A stretch of DNA of 64,000 nt. Source: Candidatus Woesearchaeota archaeon (GTDB lineage Archaea > Nanobdellota > Nanobdellia > Woesearchaeales > 21-14-0-10-32-9). Of this stretch, positions 1 to 9,574 are shown in pieces. The stretch is from contig JAIPHP010000003.1 in the NCBI GenBank assembly GCA_021735165.1, forward strand, positions 1,419 to 65,418, given 5' to 3'. Position numbers and translations under genes: made by a program. The notes below the pieces were generated by a model that made no database searches, was not told the origin of the DNA, and worked only from the letters and a program-made list of their open reading frames with translations. How positions within the stretch are numbered: position 1 is the stretch's first letter; each line of letters opens with the position of its first letter.

Positions 1-556
1 ATAAAAGAGGGATTTTCTAAGGTTCCATTTAATTCTTGTCCATAATCTACAAGTCCATAAATAACAGTTCCGAACATAGCTGATGTTCCTATGGCTTTAC
101 CTATATTCCTTCCTTTTTCCTCATTGATAAATTTTGGGGGCCAAGATAATAATTTTTGTTCTAGGATTTCATTTGTTACGCTATTCATAATGTCTACGGC
201 ATTTCCATATATACATACAGGCAGCCCAGTCTCATTAGTACTTACTTCTTGACTATTATAATCCAGTTTTATGCTTGTGTGGTTTTTTTTGTTTGTATAC
301 ATCAAAAATAAACTCGGTGGAAGAATTAATTTTTTTTCTTCGAGTGTTTCTATTTCTTTTTCTGGTCTTGTGAATACGTTCCAAACTCCTTCCATATTTA
401 AAAAATCACCAAAATTGGGATTCCAATTTTTGTCATAGATAAAATTAAGTTTTTCTAGCAATATTCTTTCATTTTCTTCTCTTTTCTTTTTTGTAGGGAC
501 AAAATATTTGTATCTTCCTTGCCTTATTTTTTGTGGTATGTTTTTGAATTTCATTT
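1..556 (-). CDS. hypothetical protein, 5'-complete, truncated by the window edge
   Basis: Open reading frame on the minus strand starting at the ATG near 554-556 (reverse complement of 537-556) and running off the window; not in the ORF track because it is truncated. Confidence 0.35.
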
Positions 557-565
557 TTACTCCTT

Positions 566-1030
566 TTATTTCATCTTTTTGAACGTTGCTGTTCTTTTAA
601 TGTATTTGTAGAAGTTTTCTCTATTGTTTTTTCCAGCAGATTTGCTTGATTTGAACTGCTTGCATAATCTTTTCATCGACTCTCTGTTTTCTTTGCTGTT
701 TGTTTTTTCAAAGTGTTTTAGAACTTGAGCCATTTCATGATCTTGGTTGCATGCAACAAGATTTGCATCTCTTGACATACTTTTTTTATGAGTTTTTTTC
801 TTTGCAGCTTTCTTTTTTGTTGCTTTTTTTACAGTTTTTTTCGCAACTTTTTTCTTTGCTGTTTTTTTTACTTTCTTTTCTATCGATTCATTTTTTCTTT
901 TTATTTGAGTTAATGTCTTTTTTAGTTCAGAATTTGCTTTTTGCATTTTTGAAAGTTCTTCTTCCATTTTTTTAACATGAGCTCTTACGTTTTTGAATGA
1001 TTCTTTAACGTTTTTTTTGAATTGATCCAT
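566..1030 (-). CDS. lysine-rich coiled-coil protein, possibly nucleic-acid binding
   Basis: 154 aa; N-terminal coiled-coil heptads; central KKxVAKKTVKKATKKKAAKKK basic low-complexity tract. Confidence 0.5.
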   Translation of the reverse strand: MDQFKKNVKESFKNVRAHVKKMEEELSKMQKANSELKKTLTQIKRKNESIEKKVKKTAKKKVAKKTVKKATKKKAAKKKTHKKSMSRDANLVACNQDHEMAQVLKHFEKTNSKENRESMKRLCKQFKSSKSAGKNNRENFYKYIKRTATFKKMK

Positions 1031-1174
1031 ATTATCGCCTCTTTATGTGATAATATTCTATAATATATAAAGTTTTTGAATATTTACCATTAAAAAGTAG
1101 TCAAAATAATTATTTGCTATATGGAAAATATATTCGATAAATTTATTAACTAAAAAATAAAACACAAAATAATC

Positions 1175-1726
1175 ATGAAGCTACCTAAACAAGCAAAAAA
1201 AGTATTCTCGGGAATAATGTATACAGTTTATCAATGGGAACAAAAACTTTACGATGGAAAAACAGCAACCTACGAAGCAATAAAAAGAAAGTCATCCGTA
1301 CAAATAATACCTGTATATGAAAACAAAATAATTCTGTCTGATGAAGAGCAACCACATAGGGGGAAATTCACAGGAATGATAGGCGGACAAATTGATGCAA
1401 AGGAAACTCCCAAACAAGCAGCAAAAAGAGAACTGTTAGAAGAAACAGGAATGAAACCAACAAAATTAATATTTTGGAAAAAAACAAACTTTGGGAAACA
1501 ACTAAACTGGGAAACACACTACTATGTAGCAAAAAATTGCAATAAAATACAAGAACCAAAACCAGGAAATGGAGAAAAAATAAAATTAAAATTCCTAACA
1601 TTTAATGAATTATTCAAAGAAACAGAAAAACCAGGATTTAGAAACAAATCATTTAAAGAAATGTTATTTAGAATAAATCATACAAAAGGAGAAAAAGAAA
1701 AACTAAGAAAATTTCTTTTTGACTAA
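1175..1726 (+). CDS. Nudix hydrolase
   Basis: Nudix box GGQIDAKETPKQAAKRELLEETGM (Gx5Ex7REUxEExGU). Confidence 0.75.
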   Translation: MKLPKQAKKVFSGIMYTVYQWEQKLYDGKTATYEAIKRKSSVQIIPVYENKIILSDEEQPHRGKFTGMIGGQIDAKETPKQAAKRELLEETGMKPTKLIFWKKTNFGKQLNWETHYYVAKNCNKIQEPKPGNGEKIKLKFLTFNELFKETEKPGFRNKSFKEMLFRINHTKGEKEKLRKFLFD

Positions 1727-1783
1727 TCTCTTCCCAAAGTATTTTATCACAAATTTTAAAAACTAACGCACTAACAAGTAAAT

Positions 1784-3076
1784 ATGGAACTAGAATTTCA
1801 CGGAGCAGCACAAGAAGTAGGAAGATCATGCATCGAACTAAGACTAAAAGATGGTGATAGATTTCTATTTGACGTAGGCGTAAAATTTTCTGAAGGAGGA
1901 CTGCTATTTCCAGAAAAAGTTTTAGAAATAAAAGAATTAGACGGAGTTTTCCTAAGTCACGCACACTTAGACCACTCAGGGGGATTGCCTTTATTTGAAA
2001 ATAAAGATCTAAAAGGGCCAATATTTTCCACAAAACAAACGCTTGCAATATCTAGAATATTGCTAAAAGACTCGTATAAAATAGCAAGAATAAGAAATCT
2101 TCATCCAGCATACGACAGAGATGACATAAAAGAAGTATACAGAGATTCTTTATTCGTAAATTATGACACCTGGTATAAACACAGAAATATAAAATTCAAA
2201 TTCCTAAATGCAGGACACATACCAGGATCTGCAATGATTCTAGTTGAAGCAGAAGGAAAAAGAATATTATATACAGGAGACATAAATACGACGGACTCAT
2301 ATCTTATGTGGAAAGCACACATATCAAAAGAACTAATAGACGAAGAAGTAGACGTTCTAATAACAGAATCAACGTATGGCCATAGAGAACTCCCTAATAG
2401 AGAAGAACTAAGAACAAAATTCATACAAAGCATAAAACAAACAATAAACAATGGCGGCTCTGTACTAATACCAACATTCGCCTTAGGAAGAGCACAAGAA
2501 ATACTTTTAATGCTAGCAGACGAAGAATTCAAAGTACCAATATATACAGAAGGAATGTGCAACAAAATAACAAGAAAAATACTCCAAACACCAAGCAAAT
2601 ATGTAAGAAACAAAAAAAAATTATCAGAAATGTTCTATGAAAAAGTGCACTGGATAAGCAGCCCAAGAAAAAGAAAATCAGTTCTAAAAAAACAAGGAAT
2701 TTTCATAACAACAAGCGGGATGGTACAAGGAGGGCCTGTACTGAGTTACATAAAAGAATTATGGCACGACCCAAAAAATAAAATTTGCTTAATGGGATTT
2801 CAATGCAAAAACACAAATGGCCGCCACCTATATGAAGATCACTATATATACTTAGACGGATGGAAAACAAAAATAAAATGCCAAATAGAAAAATATGATT
2901 TTTCAGGACACGCAGACTCGCAAGGCATAATGCAACTAATAAAAGAACTAAATCCAAAAAAAATATTCTTTCAACACGGAGATAAAGAAGCAATAAGTAC
3001 ATTAGCAGAATGGGCCAAAAAAAACACGAAAGCAAAAATATATTCTCCACAAGTTGGTTCAACACAAAAAATATAA
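1784..3076 (+). CDS. beta-CASP metallo-beta-lactamase-fold ribonuclease (aCPSF2-like)
   Basis: HAHLDHSG motif (HxHxDH), 430 aa with no KH domains; typical archaeal short beta-CASP RNase. Confidence 0.7.
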   Translation: MELEFHGAAQEVGRSCIELRLKDGDRFLFDVGVKFSEGGLLFPEKVLEIKELDGVFLSHAHLDHSGGLPLFENKDLKGPIFSTKQTLAISRILLKDSYKIARIRNLHPAYDRDDIKEVYRDSLFVNYDTWYKHRNIKFKFLNAGHIPGSAMILVEAEGKRILYTGDINTTDSYLMWKAHISKELIDEEVDVLITESTYGHRELPNREELRTKFIQSIKQTINNGGSVLIPTFALGRAQEILLMLADEEFKVPIYTEGMCNKITRKILQTPSKYVRNKKKLSEMFYEKVHWISSPRKRKSVLKKQGIFITTSGMVQGGPVLSYIKELWHDPKNKICLMGFQCKNTNGRHLYEDHYIYLDGWKTKIKCQIEKYDFSGHADSQGIMQLIKELNPKKIFFQHGDKEAISTLAEWAKKNTKAKIYSPQVGSTQKI

Positions 3077-3156
3077 TTAATCATTACAAAATGAAAACAA
3101 AACTTTTAATACTTGCCTAAGAAATTATTTATAAATACAAAAAAGGGGTTTAAAAC

Positions 3157-3936
3157 ATGGGATTTTTTGGCTTTGGAAAGAAAAAAGAAGAAAACAAAAC
3201 AACTTCTGAAAATACGCAACAACCAAAACTATCACCACTAAATACGCCTCTAAACCCACAAAAAACAACGACTGTAAATGACGAAAACGCATCATTTCAA
3301 GTACCTGACTTCTCTGAAGATGACCTTGACTTTGACTTGGATGTAAATGAATTTTTACCAGAAATGGACAAAGAGACACAAATAGACTCAAACCAAATAA
3401 AAGAACAACAAGATCTAAATAAAATACTAAATCAACCAACAGAAGAAACAAAACCAGAATCATCAAAAATAATAGAAAAAAAAGAAATACAAAAAGAAAC
3501 ACCAACACAAAAAACAAACAAACAAGAACAAGATGAGTTCAACCAAACAAATCCAGAAGATCAACAACTAAATACTTCAGAATACAAAAACCAGAAACAA
3601 AATAAAAATAAATTTGACAATCTAAACACATCACCAAACCTAAACACATCAAATGCTCCAAATACAACACAAAACAAGGAACTACCAAAATTCAAAACAC
3701 CCAAACCAGACAAAAACAAAGAATACATAGAAAAAGAAAACTACAAAAACTTTCTAAAATCAGAAGAAGAAATAAAAGAAGAATCAAATGCGCATAAAGA
3801 AATACTTTCAAAAATAAACAAACACCAAGAACAACAAGACCAACTATACAAAGAAACAGAAAAAATAATAGAAACCATAAAATCAAAACTAATGGACTTA
3901 GACGAAAGAATATTTGAAATAAACCAACAGGTGTAA
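3157..3936 (+). CDS. low-complexity Q/N/K/E-rich hypothetical protein
   Basis: 259 aa ORF with extreme compositional bias; N-terminal MGFFGFGKKK. Confidence 0.45.
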   Translation: MGFFGFGKKKEENKTTSENTQQPKLSPLNTPLNPQKTTTVNDENASFQVPDFSEDDLDFDLDVNEFLPEMDKETQIDSNQIKEQQDLNKILNQPTEETKPESSKIIEKKEIQKETPTQKTNKQEQDEFNQTNPEDQQLNTSEYKNQKQNKNKFDNLNTSPNLNTSNAPNTTQNKELPKFKTPKPDKNKEYIEKENYKNFLKSEEEIKEESNAHKEILSKINKHQEQQDQLYKETEKIIETIKSKLMDLDERIFEINQQV

Positions 3937-3938
3937 AT

Positions 3939-4151
3939 ATGGACAACAAACCAATCTACATAAAAATAGAAGAATACGAAAAAGTAGAAATAATAGTTAA
4001 CGAAATAAAAAAACTCATATTCCAAGCAAAAGAAAAAATAGAAACCCTAAAACAAATAAGAAAAGAAGAAGAACAAAGCGTAACTGAATGGCAAGACAAA
4101 ATAGATATGATGGAACAACAAGTATCAGAAATGCAAAAATACCTGAACTAA
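3939..4151 (+). CDS. small coiled-coil protein
   Basis: 70 aa, heptad-rich; start 3 nt after the previous stop (operon-like). Confidence 0.4.
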   Translation: MDNKPIYIKIEEYEKVEIIVNEIKKLIFQAKEKIETLKQIRKEEEQSVTEWQDKIDMMEQQVSEMQKYLN

Positions 4152-4152
4152 A

Positions 4153-4497
4153 ATGTACTTCTCAAAAATAAAAAACCCAAAAGCAATAAGAAAACAAATA
4201 CTCTTAACAGCAAGAGAATCAATACTAGCTCTATCAAATCAAAAGAAAACCGAAAACATAAAATTAAAAAAACAAGAAACAATAACAGAAATAACAGAAA
4301 AAATGAATCAGATACAAAAACAAATAGACAAATTAAACAAAATCTTGCCTAATCAAGAACTAAAAAAAGAAACTGAAACACTAAAAAGAATAAAAAAAAT
4401 CCCGCAAACAACACAACAAACACCAAGAATGACCGACCTTGACAGATTAGACTACACACTAAAAAAAATAGAAGAAAAACTAGCCAAAATAGAATAA
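4153..4497 (+). CDS. small coiled-coil protein
   Basis: 114 aa, K/E/Q-rich; starts 2 nt after the upstream stop. Confidence 0.4.
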   Translation: MYFSKIKNPKAIRKQILLTARESILALSNQKKTENIKLKKQETITEITEKMNQIQKQIDKLNKILPNQELKKETETLKRIKKIPQTTQQTPRMTDLDRLDYTLKKIEEKLAKIE

Positions 4498-4548
4498 TAC
4501 TTTCTAAAAAAAGATAAATTAATAAACATCTAAGCAAATTTTATGTAA

Positions 4549-5097
4549 ATGGATAATAATATAAGAAAATCAATAGAAAATTTATCAACTAATCTGATCG
4601 ACATTCATTTTATAATAGTTGGAAATGGAAACAACATAAAAGCACAATATCCTTCTTTGAAATCATCAATACTAAAATTATCTGATTTAGCAGAAAGCAC
4701 ATCAAATATTAATGAAGAATTAGACGCTTTAATAGAAAAACACGAAAAAATATTCTTAATATTAATAGACAAAGAAAACTCTTTGAAAAAACTTTTGGAC
4801 ATTTTAGAAAATATATCTTCTGACAACTCAGCTAAAGACTTAATAGATGCTAAAACCCAGCTAAAACTTGTACGGGAAGAAATAAGCTTATTTTCTAAAG
4901 AATACAATAGAATAACAAAAATCTTAAAAGAAAGCTATGAAAGTATAAAAAATAAACAAGGAATAAATCCCTCAAATCACAAAAAAACAGTGGAAATACT
5001 AGAACAAGATTATAACAAATCAGCAAAAAAATTAACTCTATCTGCAGCCAACGCACACGAATATATTTCAAGATTTCTAAGAAATGCTAAAAATTAA
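4549..5097 (+). CDS. hypothetical protein
   Basis: 182 aa ORF, helical/coiled-coil character. Confidence 0.4.
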   Translation: MDNNIRKSIENLSTNLIDIHFIIVGNGNNIKAQYPSLKSSILKLSDLAESTSNINEELDALIEKHEKIFLILIDKENSLKKLLDILENISSDNSAKDLIDAKTQLKLVREEISLFSKEYNRITKILKESYESIKNKQGINPSNHKKTVEILEQDYNKSAKKLTLSAANAHEYISRFLRNAKN

Positions 5098-5132
5098 TTC
5101 TGAAATAAAAATATATAAAGGGGAACACAATA

Positions 5133-6014
5133 ATGGTAATTATGTTTGAAAATATAACTTTTTTCGGAGTGAGCATGGGACGAATAATCCTAATACTTCT
5201 AACGGCACTAATAACTTTCATTCTTGAAAAAATCATCAGAGCAGCAATAAACAAAAGCTTAAAACAAAACCACGAAATAAAAAAAGACGACAAAACAGGA
5301 CTTGCAGTATCAAAATACTTAATCTCCGTAATAATATATATGATAGGCCTAACAATAATAATAACCCTGATTCCGGGACTGCAAACATTAGCAGTAAGCA
5401 TGCTAGCAGGCGCAGGAATACTGGCAGTAGTTATTGGTTTTGCAAGCCAAGCCGCATTCTCAAATATAATAAGCGGAATTTTCATAGCAATATTCAAACC
5501 ATTCAGAGTAGGAGACATAGTGAAATTTCAAACATTCACAGGTACAGTAGAAGACATAACATTAAGACACACAATAGTTAGAAACTTTGAAAATAAAAGA
5601 TATGTTGTCCCAAACTCAGTAATAAGCAATGAAATAATAGAAAACTTCAACATAGAAGATGAAAAAGTCTGCTCTCACATAGAAATAGGAATAAGTTACA
5701 GTTCGAACATCGACAAAGCGATGCAAATAATGAGAAAAGAGATAAACAAACACCCAAAACTCATAGACAATAGATCAGAACAAGATAAAAAGGATCAAAA
5801 AGACAAAATACCAATAAGAGTGATGCAACTTGGAGATTCTTCAGTATTATTAAGAGCGTGGGCATGGTCAGCAAATCCTGGAGACGCATTCGAGCTAAAA
5901 ACAGATATGTACAAAAAAATAAAACAGGAGTTTGATAAAGCAGAAATAGAAATACCTTTCCCCCACAGAACAGTTTATTTAAGACAAGATAAGCAAAAAA
6001 GAAAAAGAAAATAA
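5133..6014 (+). CDS. mscS: small-conductance mechanosensitive channel (MscS family)
   Basis: N-terminal TM helices followed by a GTVEDITLRHTIVRNFENKRYVVPNSVISNEIIENF beta-domain pattern, as in MscS. Confidence 0.7.
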   Translation: MVIMFENITFFGVSMGRIILILLTALITFILEKIIRAAINKSLKQNHEIKKDDKTGLAVSKYLISVIIYMIGLTIIITLIPGLQTLAVSMLAGAGILAVVIGFASQAAFSNIISGIFIAIFKPFRVGDIVKFQTFTGTVEDITLRHTIVRNFENKRYVVPNSVISNEIIENFNIEDEKVCSHIEIGISYSSNIDKAMQIMRKEINKHPKLIDNRSEQDKKDQKDKIPIRVMQLGDSSVLLRAWAWSANPGDAFELKTDMYKKIKQEFDKAEIEIPFPHRTVYLRQDKQKRKRK

Positions 6015-6042
6015 AAAAATAGATTCCAAAAATATATAAAAA

Positions 6043-6681
6043 ATGAAAGATGTGAAAAATGCGTTTATATTCTTAATTCTTTTAATAACAATCACAATAA
6101 TATTAACTTCTTGCTCTCAAAATGTAACTTATGATTTTCCTTCTGCCCCAGAAAATTGCACTAAAACCGTACTGGAAAGAAAATCTGATTTATTATCAGA
6201 AGGAGAAACTATGGAATCAAATAAACAATTCGCATTAAGAATGTATGATTGTCTTCAAGAAGAAAATCAAAAAGGATTTATAAGAATAACTTATTTTGTG
6301 TCACAATCCTTTGCTGATCAATTAACTCAAAACATGTTTCCTCCAAAAGAATTTCTTGAAAAAAATGCTTTTAGTTCTGACGAGTTCAAATATGCAAAAA
6401 AAGAATTTTTAGATTATAAAGACGTAAACTGTGATGATGGAGGAACTTTAAAGTACTATAAAATTAAAATGATTTTTGAAAAAATAAACCCGTCTCTTGA
6501 CACAAATTACCCGAAATACAGCATAAATATTTCAAAAGTAAAAGCTGGAGATTACGTAATTTATGAACAACTCAAATACAAAAAAGACAAATTATACGTT
6601 GAAATAGACAAACAAACGAAAAATAAAGATTCAGGAACAATACTTAACACGCTAAACGAACTAGGATATTTCTGTCAATAA
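6043..6681 (+). CDS. secreted/lipoprotein-like hypothetical protein
   Basis: N-terminal hydrophobic signal ending in LTSC (lipobox-like); Cys-containing extracytoplasmic domain. Confidence 0.45.
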   Translation: MKDVKNAFIFLILLITITIILTSCSQNVTYDFPSAPENCTKTVLERKSDLLSEGETMESNKQFALRMYDCLQEENQKGFIRITYFVSQSFADQLTQNMFPPKEFLEKNAFSSDEFKYAKKEFLDYKDVNCDDGGTLKYYKIKMIFEKINPSLDTNYPKYSINISKVKAGDYVIYEQLKYKKDKLYVEIDKQTKNKDSGTILNTLNELGYFCQ

Positions 6682-6732
6682 GCAAATAAATTTAAAAAAC
6701 CAAACAAATTCTTATTCACATTGCTCATAAAT

Positions 6733-6963
6733 GAGGGGGTAGCGAAGTCTGGTCAAACGTGACAGACTCAAGCAATGATTGCGCTCATTGAACGCATTGT
6801 CAAGCGCGGTACAAGACCGCACGAACAGTTTGTTTGAGTGATGAGCCAAGAGGCGATGAATAAACAAAAGCTATTCCGCTAAGAAAACTTTGCTAAAAGC
6901 AAGGAAACATTTGAGGAATCTGTTCCCTTAGTGGGTTCGGGGGTTCGAATCCCTCCCCCCTCA
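6733..6963 (+). tRNA. tRNA-Leu (anticodon CAA, type II) interrupted by a ~145-nt intron at the canonical 37/38 position (intron 6773-6917)
   Basis: Hand-folded: acceptor GAGGGGG/CCCCCTC, U8-A9, D-arm GCG-AAGUCUGGUCAAA-CGU, anticodon stem ACAGA/UCUGU with loop CUCAAG, long variable arm CCC-UUAGU-GGG, T-arm GGGGG-UUCGAAU-CCCUC, discriminator A. Strongly parallels archaeal tRNA-Leu. Confidence 0.65.
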
Positions 6964-7264
6964 TGAGTAAATTGAATGAGGGTGAGGCACAGAACGAAAG
7001 TGATGATGTCTCCCTCTCCATCTTCTCAAAATTAGAAATTTTTGGATGCGTAAAAAGGGTTTTTTAGTACACGGAAATTATTGATTTCCTTTGTGCAGAA
7101 TGCTTATTTTCCTTGTATGGACCAAAAAAGCAGGCATAAAGTCTACTGAATTTTAAGTCTGGTAACGTGAAGAGAGGGGGAAGGCACAGAACAAAAGTGA
7201 TGATTTATTCTTTAATCACCACAAAATAGTAATATTTATATATTTCATTCGGCTCTCTGTTTAC

Positions 7265-7720
7265 ATGATTGATGAATTGAATGCTCTAAGAATAATTAGA
7301 GACTTGTATGATATGATCCCCTTCAAAGATTCTGTCTATGAAATTGATAGTGCAGGGGATATTGTTAGCGGCTCAGATTTTTCATTTGAATTGACGTATA
7401 AAATAAACAATATTGACAAAATAGCTCTTCAGGATGTAATAAAAAACAATAAAGAAGTTTATTTAACTAAGGTGGATCATTGTCCTGAAGACAATGTTTC
7501 CTACGAAGGAACTTTAGGTAACATTAAGTGGGGCATAAGTCTTGAACTTTTTAATGTAGACGACAGAAAAGATAAACAAGGATCTAAGCTCGAAGTTGCT
7601 GTAGGAACTGAGTTTCCAGAAGATCAAAAAAACATGGATGATTATAAAGTTGATTTTACACCTGTTTTTAATATAGTTTCTCAATACGTAGAAAGAGTAT
7701 TGAACACAAAGAAGGAGTAA
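7265..7720 (+). CDS. hypothetical protein
   Basis: 151 aa ORF, acidic, no recognizable motif. Confidence 0.4.
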   Translation: MIDELNALRIIRDLYDMIPFKDSVYEIDSAGDIVSGSDFSFELTYKINNIDKIALQDVIKNNKEVYLTKVDHCPEDNVSYEGTLGNIKWGISLELFNVDDRKDKQGSKLEVAVGTEFPEDQKNMDDYKVDFTPVFNIVSQYVERVLNTKKE

Positions 7721-7801
7721 TTCTATTTGCTCATTTCTGTTTTTTCTTATATTCGAGTTATTAAAAAACTTTAAAAAGCATCAATTTCACTTTTTAATAA
7801 T

Positions 7802-9508
7802 ATGGATCCATTCTTAGAACTAGGAACAATAATACTACTAACACTAATAATCTCATTTATAATAAGAGCACTAAAACAACCAAGTATAATAGGCTACATA
7901 ATCGCAGGAATAATTGCAGGACCATACTTCTTGAACTTAATAGAAAATACAGAAACAATACATTTACTCTCACAAATAGGAATTGCTCTTCTACTATTCA
8001 TAGTAGGTATAAGTCTAAACCCAAAACACATAAAAGATACAGGAAAAATATCTATAATAACAGGTTTAGGACAAGTTCTATTTACAAGTATCGCAGGACT
8101 TATTATTTGCCTAACAATAGGCTTTAATCTAACAGAAAGCATATACATAGCTATCGCAATAACTTTTAGTAGCACCATAATAATAATGAAACTACTATCT
8201 GACAAAGGGGCATTAGAAACACTTTACGGAAGAATATCTATGGGCTTTTTAATAGTTCAAGACATAATTGCTGCACTAATACTCATGATTGTTCCAGCAC
8301 TTGCCAGCCAATCAGGCAACATATTGATGAATGTAACAGAAACAATACTAAAAGGAGTCGGAATAATTGCGATAATACTATTGTTTGGATTCACATTTTT
8401 ACAAAAAATAGTAGAAAAAACCGCCAAAAACCAAGAACTTCTATTATTACTATCAATCTCTTGGGTATTAATAGTTGCAAGCATATTTCACTTAGTAGAA
8501 TTTTCAATAGAAATAGGAGCACTAGTAGCAGGAATGACTCTTAGTATATCCAAATACAGACACGAGATTTCTTCAAAACTAAGGAGTATGAGAGATTTTT
8601 TCCTAATACTATTTTTCATATTGTTAGGATCACAACTAATAATACAAGACGTAATAGGACACTTACCAACAATCCTAATACTTTCAGCATTCATCTTAAT
8701 AGGAAACCCAATAATTGTTATGATACTAATGGGGATATCAGGATACACTAAGAAAAACGGTTTTATGGCAGGACTTACAGTTGCACAAATAAGTGAATTC
8801 TCCTTAATTTTAGTCGCATTAGGACTAAATCTAGGCCAACTAACAGAAACAATAGTATCTATAGTGACAATGGTTGGCTTAATAACAATAGCAGGCTCAA
8901 CATATATGATAATGTACTCAGAAAAAATATATGGAAAAATCAAAAATTTACTAAATATCTTTGAAATAAAAGGAAAAAAGAAAGATCAATACGATACACA
9001 TATCGGAAAAGAATACGCGGTATTCATGATAGGTTGTAACAGAACAGGATTTGAAATACTGCACATGCTAAAAAAACAAAAACAAAAAACCTTAGTTATG
9101 GATTACAATCCAGAAACAATAAAAAAACTAACAACCGAAGGCACAGATGTTGTGTATGGGGATGCTTCAGACATAGAAACCATAAATGAAATAGACCTTA
9201 AAAACACGAAACTTCTAATATCAACGATAACAGACTTTGACTCAAATGCCATGCTAATAAATTTAGTAAAAGAAAAAAACAAAAACATAATGATATTTAT
9301 GATGGCAAATGAAGCCGAAGAAGCCTTAGAACTATATGAAAAAGGAGCAACTTACGTGATAGTGCCTCATATGGTTGGTGGATTTCATGCCTCTGCAATT
9401 CTAGAAAAACACGGGTTTGACATAAAAAAAATTTTGAAAGAAAAACTAAAACACAAAAACAGACTAGAAAAAATAAGAAAAGAAAATCAAAGTGATAAAA
9501 CCATTTAA
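7802..9508 (+). CDS. CPA2-family cation:proton antiporter with C-terminal RCK/TrkA-N domain
   Basis: About 12 TM N-terminal domain; C-terminal Rossmann-like FMIGCNRTGFEIL (GxGxxG) NAD-binding RCK domain. Confidence 0.7.
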   Translation: MDPFLELGTIILLTLIISFIIRALKQPSIIGYIIAGIIAGPYFLNLIENTETIHLLSQIGIALLLFIVGISLNPKHIKDTGKISIITGLGQVLFTSIAGLIICLTIGFNLTESIYIAIAITFSSTIIIMKLLSDKGALETLYGRISMGFLIVQDIIAALILMIVPALASQSGNILMNVTETILKGVGIIAIILLFGFTFLQKIVEKTAKNQELLLLLSISWVLIVASIFHLVEFSIEIGALVAGMTLSISKYRHEISSKLRSMRDFFLILFFILLGSQLIIQDVIGHLPTILILSAFILIGNPIIVMILMGISGYTKKNGFMAGLTVAQISEFSLILVALGLNLGQLTETIVSIVTMVGLITIAGSTYMIMYSEKIYGKIKNLLNIFEIKGKKKDQYDTHIGKEYAVFMIGCNRTGFEILHMLKKQKQKTLVMDYNPETIKKLTTEGTDVVYGDASDIETINEIDLKNTKLLISTITDFDSNAMLINLVKEKNKNIMIFMMANEAEEALELYEKGATYVIVPHMVGGFHASAILEKHGFDIKKILKEKLKHKNRLEKIRKENQSDKTI

Positions 9509-9574
9509 CTTCTTAAAAAATAAAAACACTACACAAAAGATTAACTATATAAAATAAAAGGAAGTACAAATAAC

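Noticed and set aside
700-975. Antisense/alternate-frame ORFs in the track (e.g. 700-975, 1368-1601, 1668-2048, 2161-2613, 3125-3517, 7894-8943 minus-strand set, 16242-16958 set, 47581-48217, 55578-56044)
   Set aside because: Leu/Phe-rich low-complexity translations lying wholly inside better-supported genes on the other strand or frame; typical artefacts of AT-rich DNA.
6973-7210. Box C/D sRNA downstream of, or inside, the tRNA intron
   Set aside because: GUGAUGA box-C-like heptamers are present, but no CUGA D box at the 50-70 nt spacing expected and no C'/D' pair.
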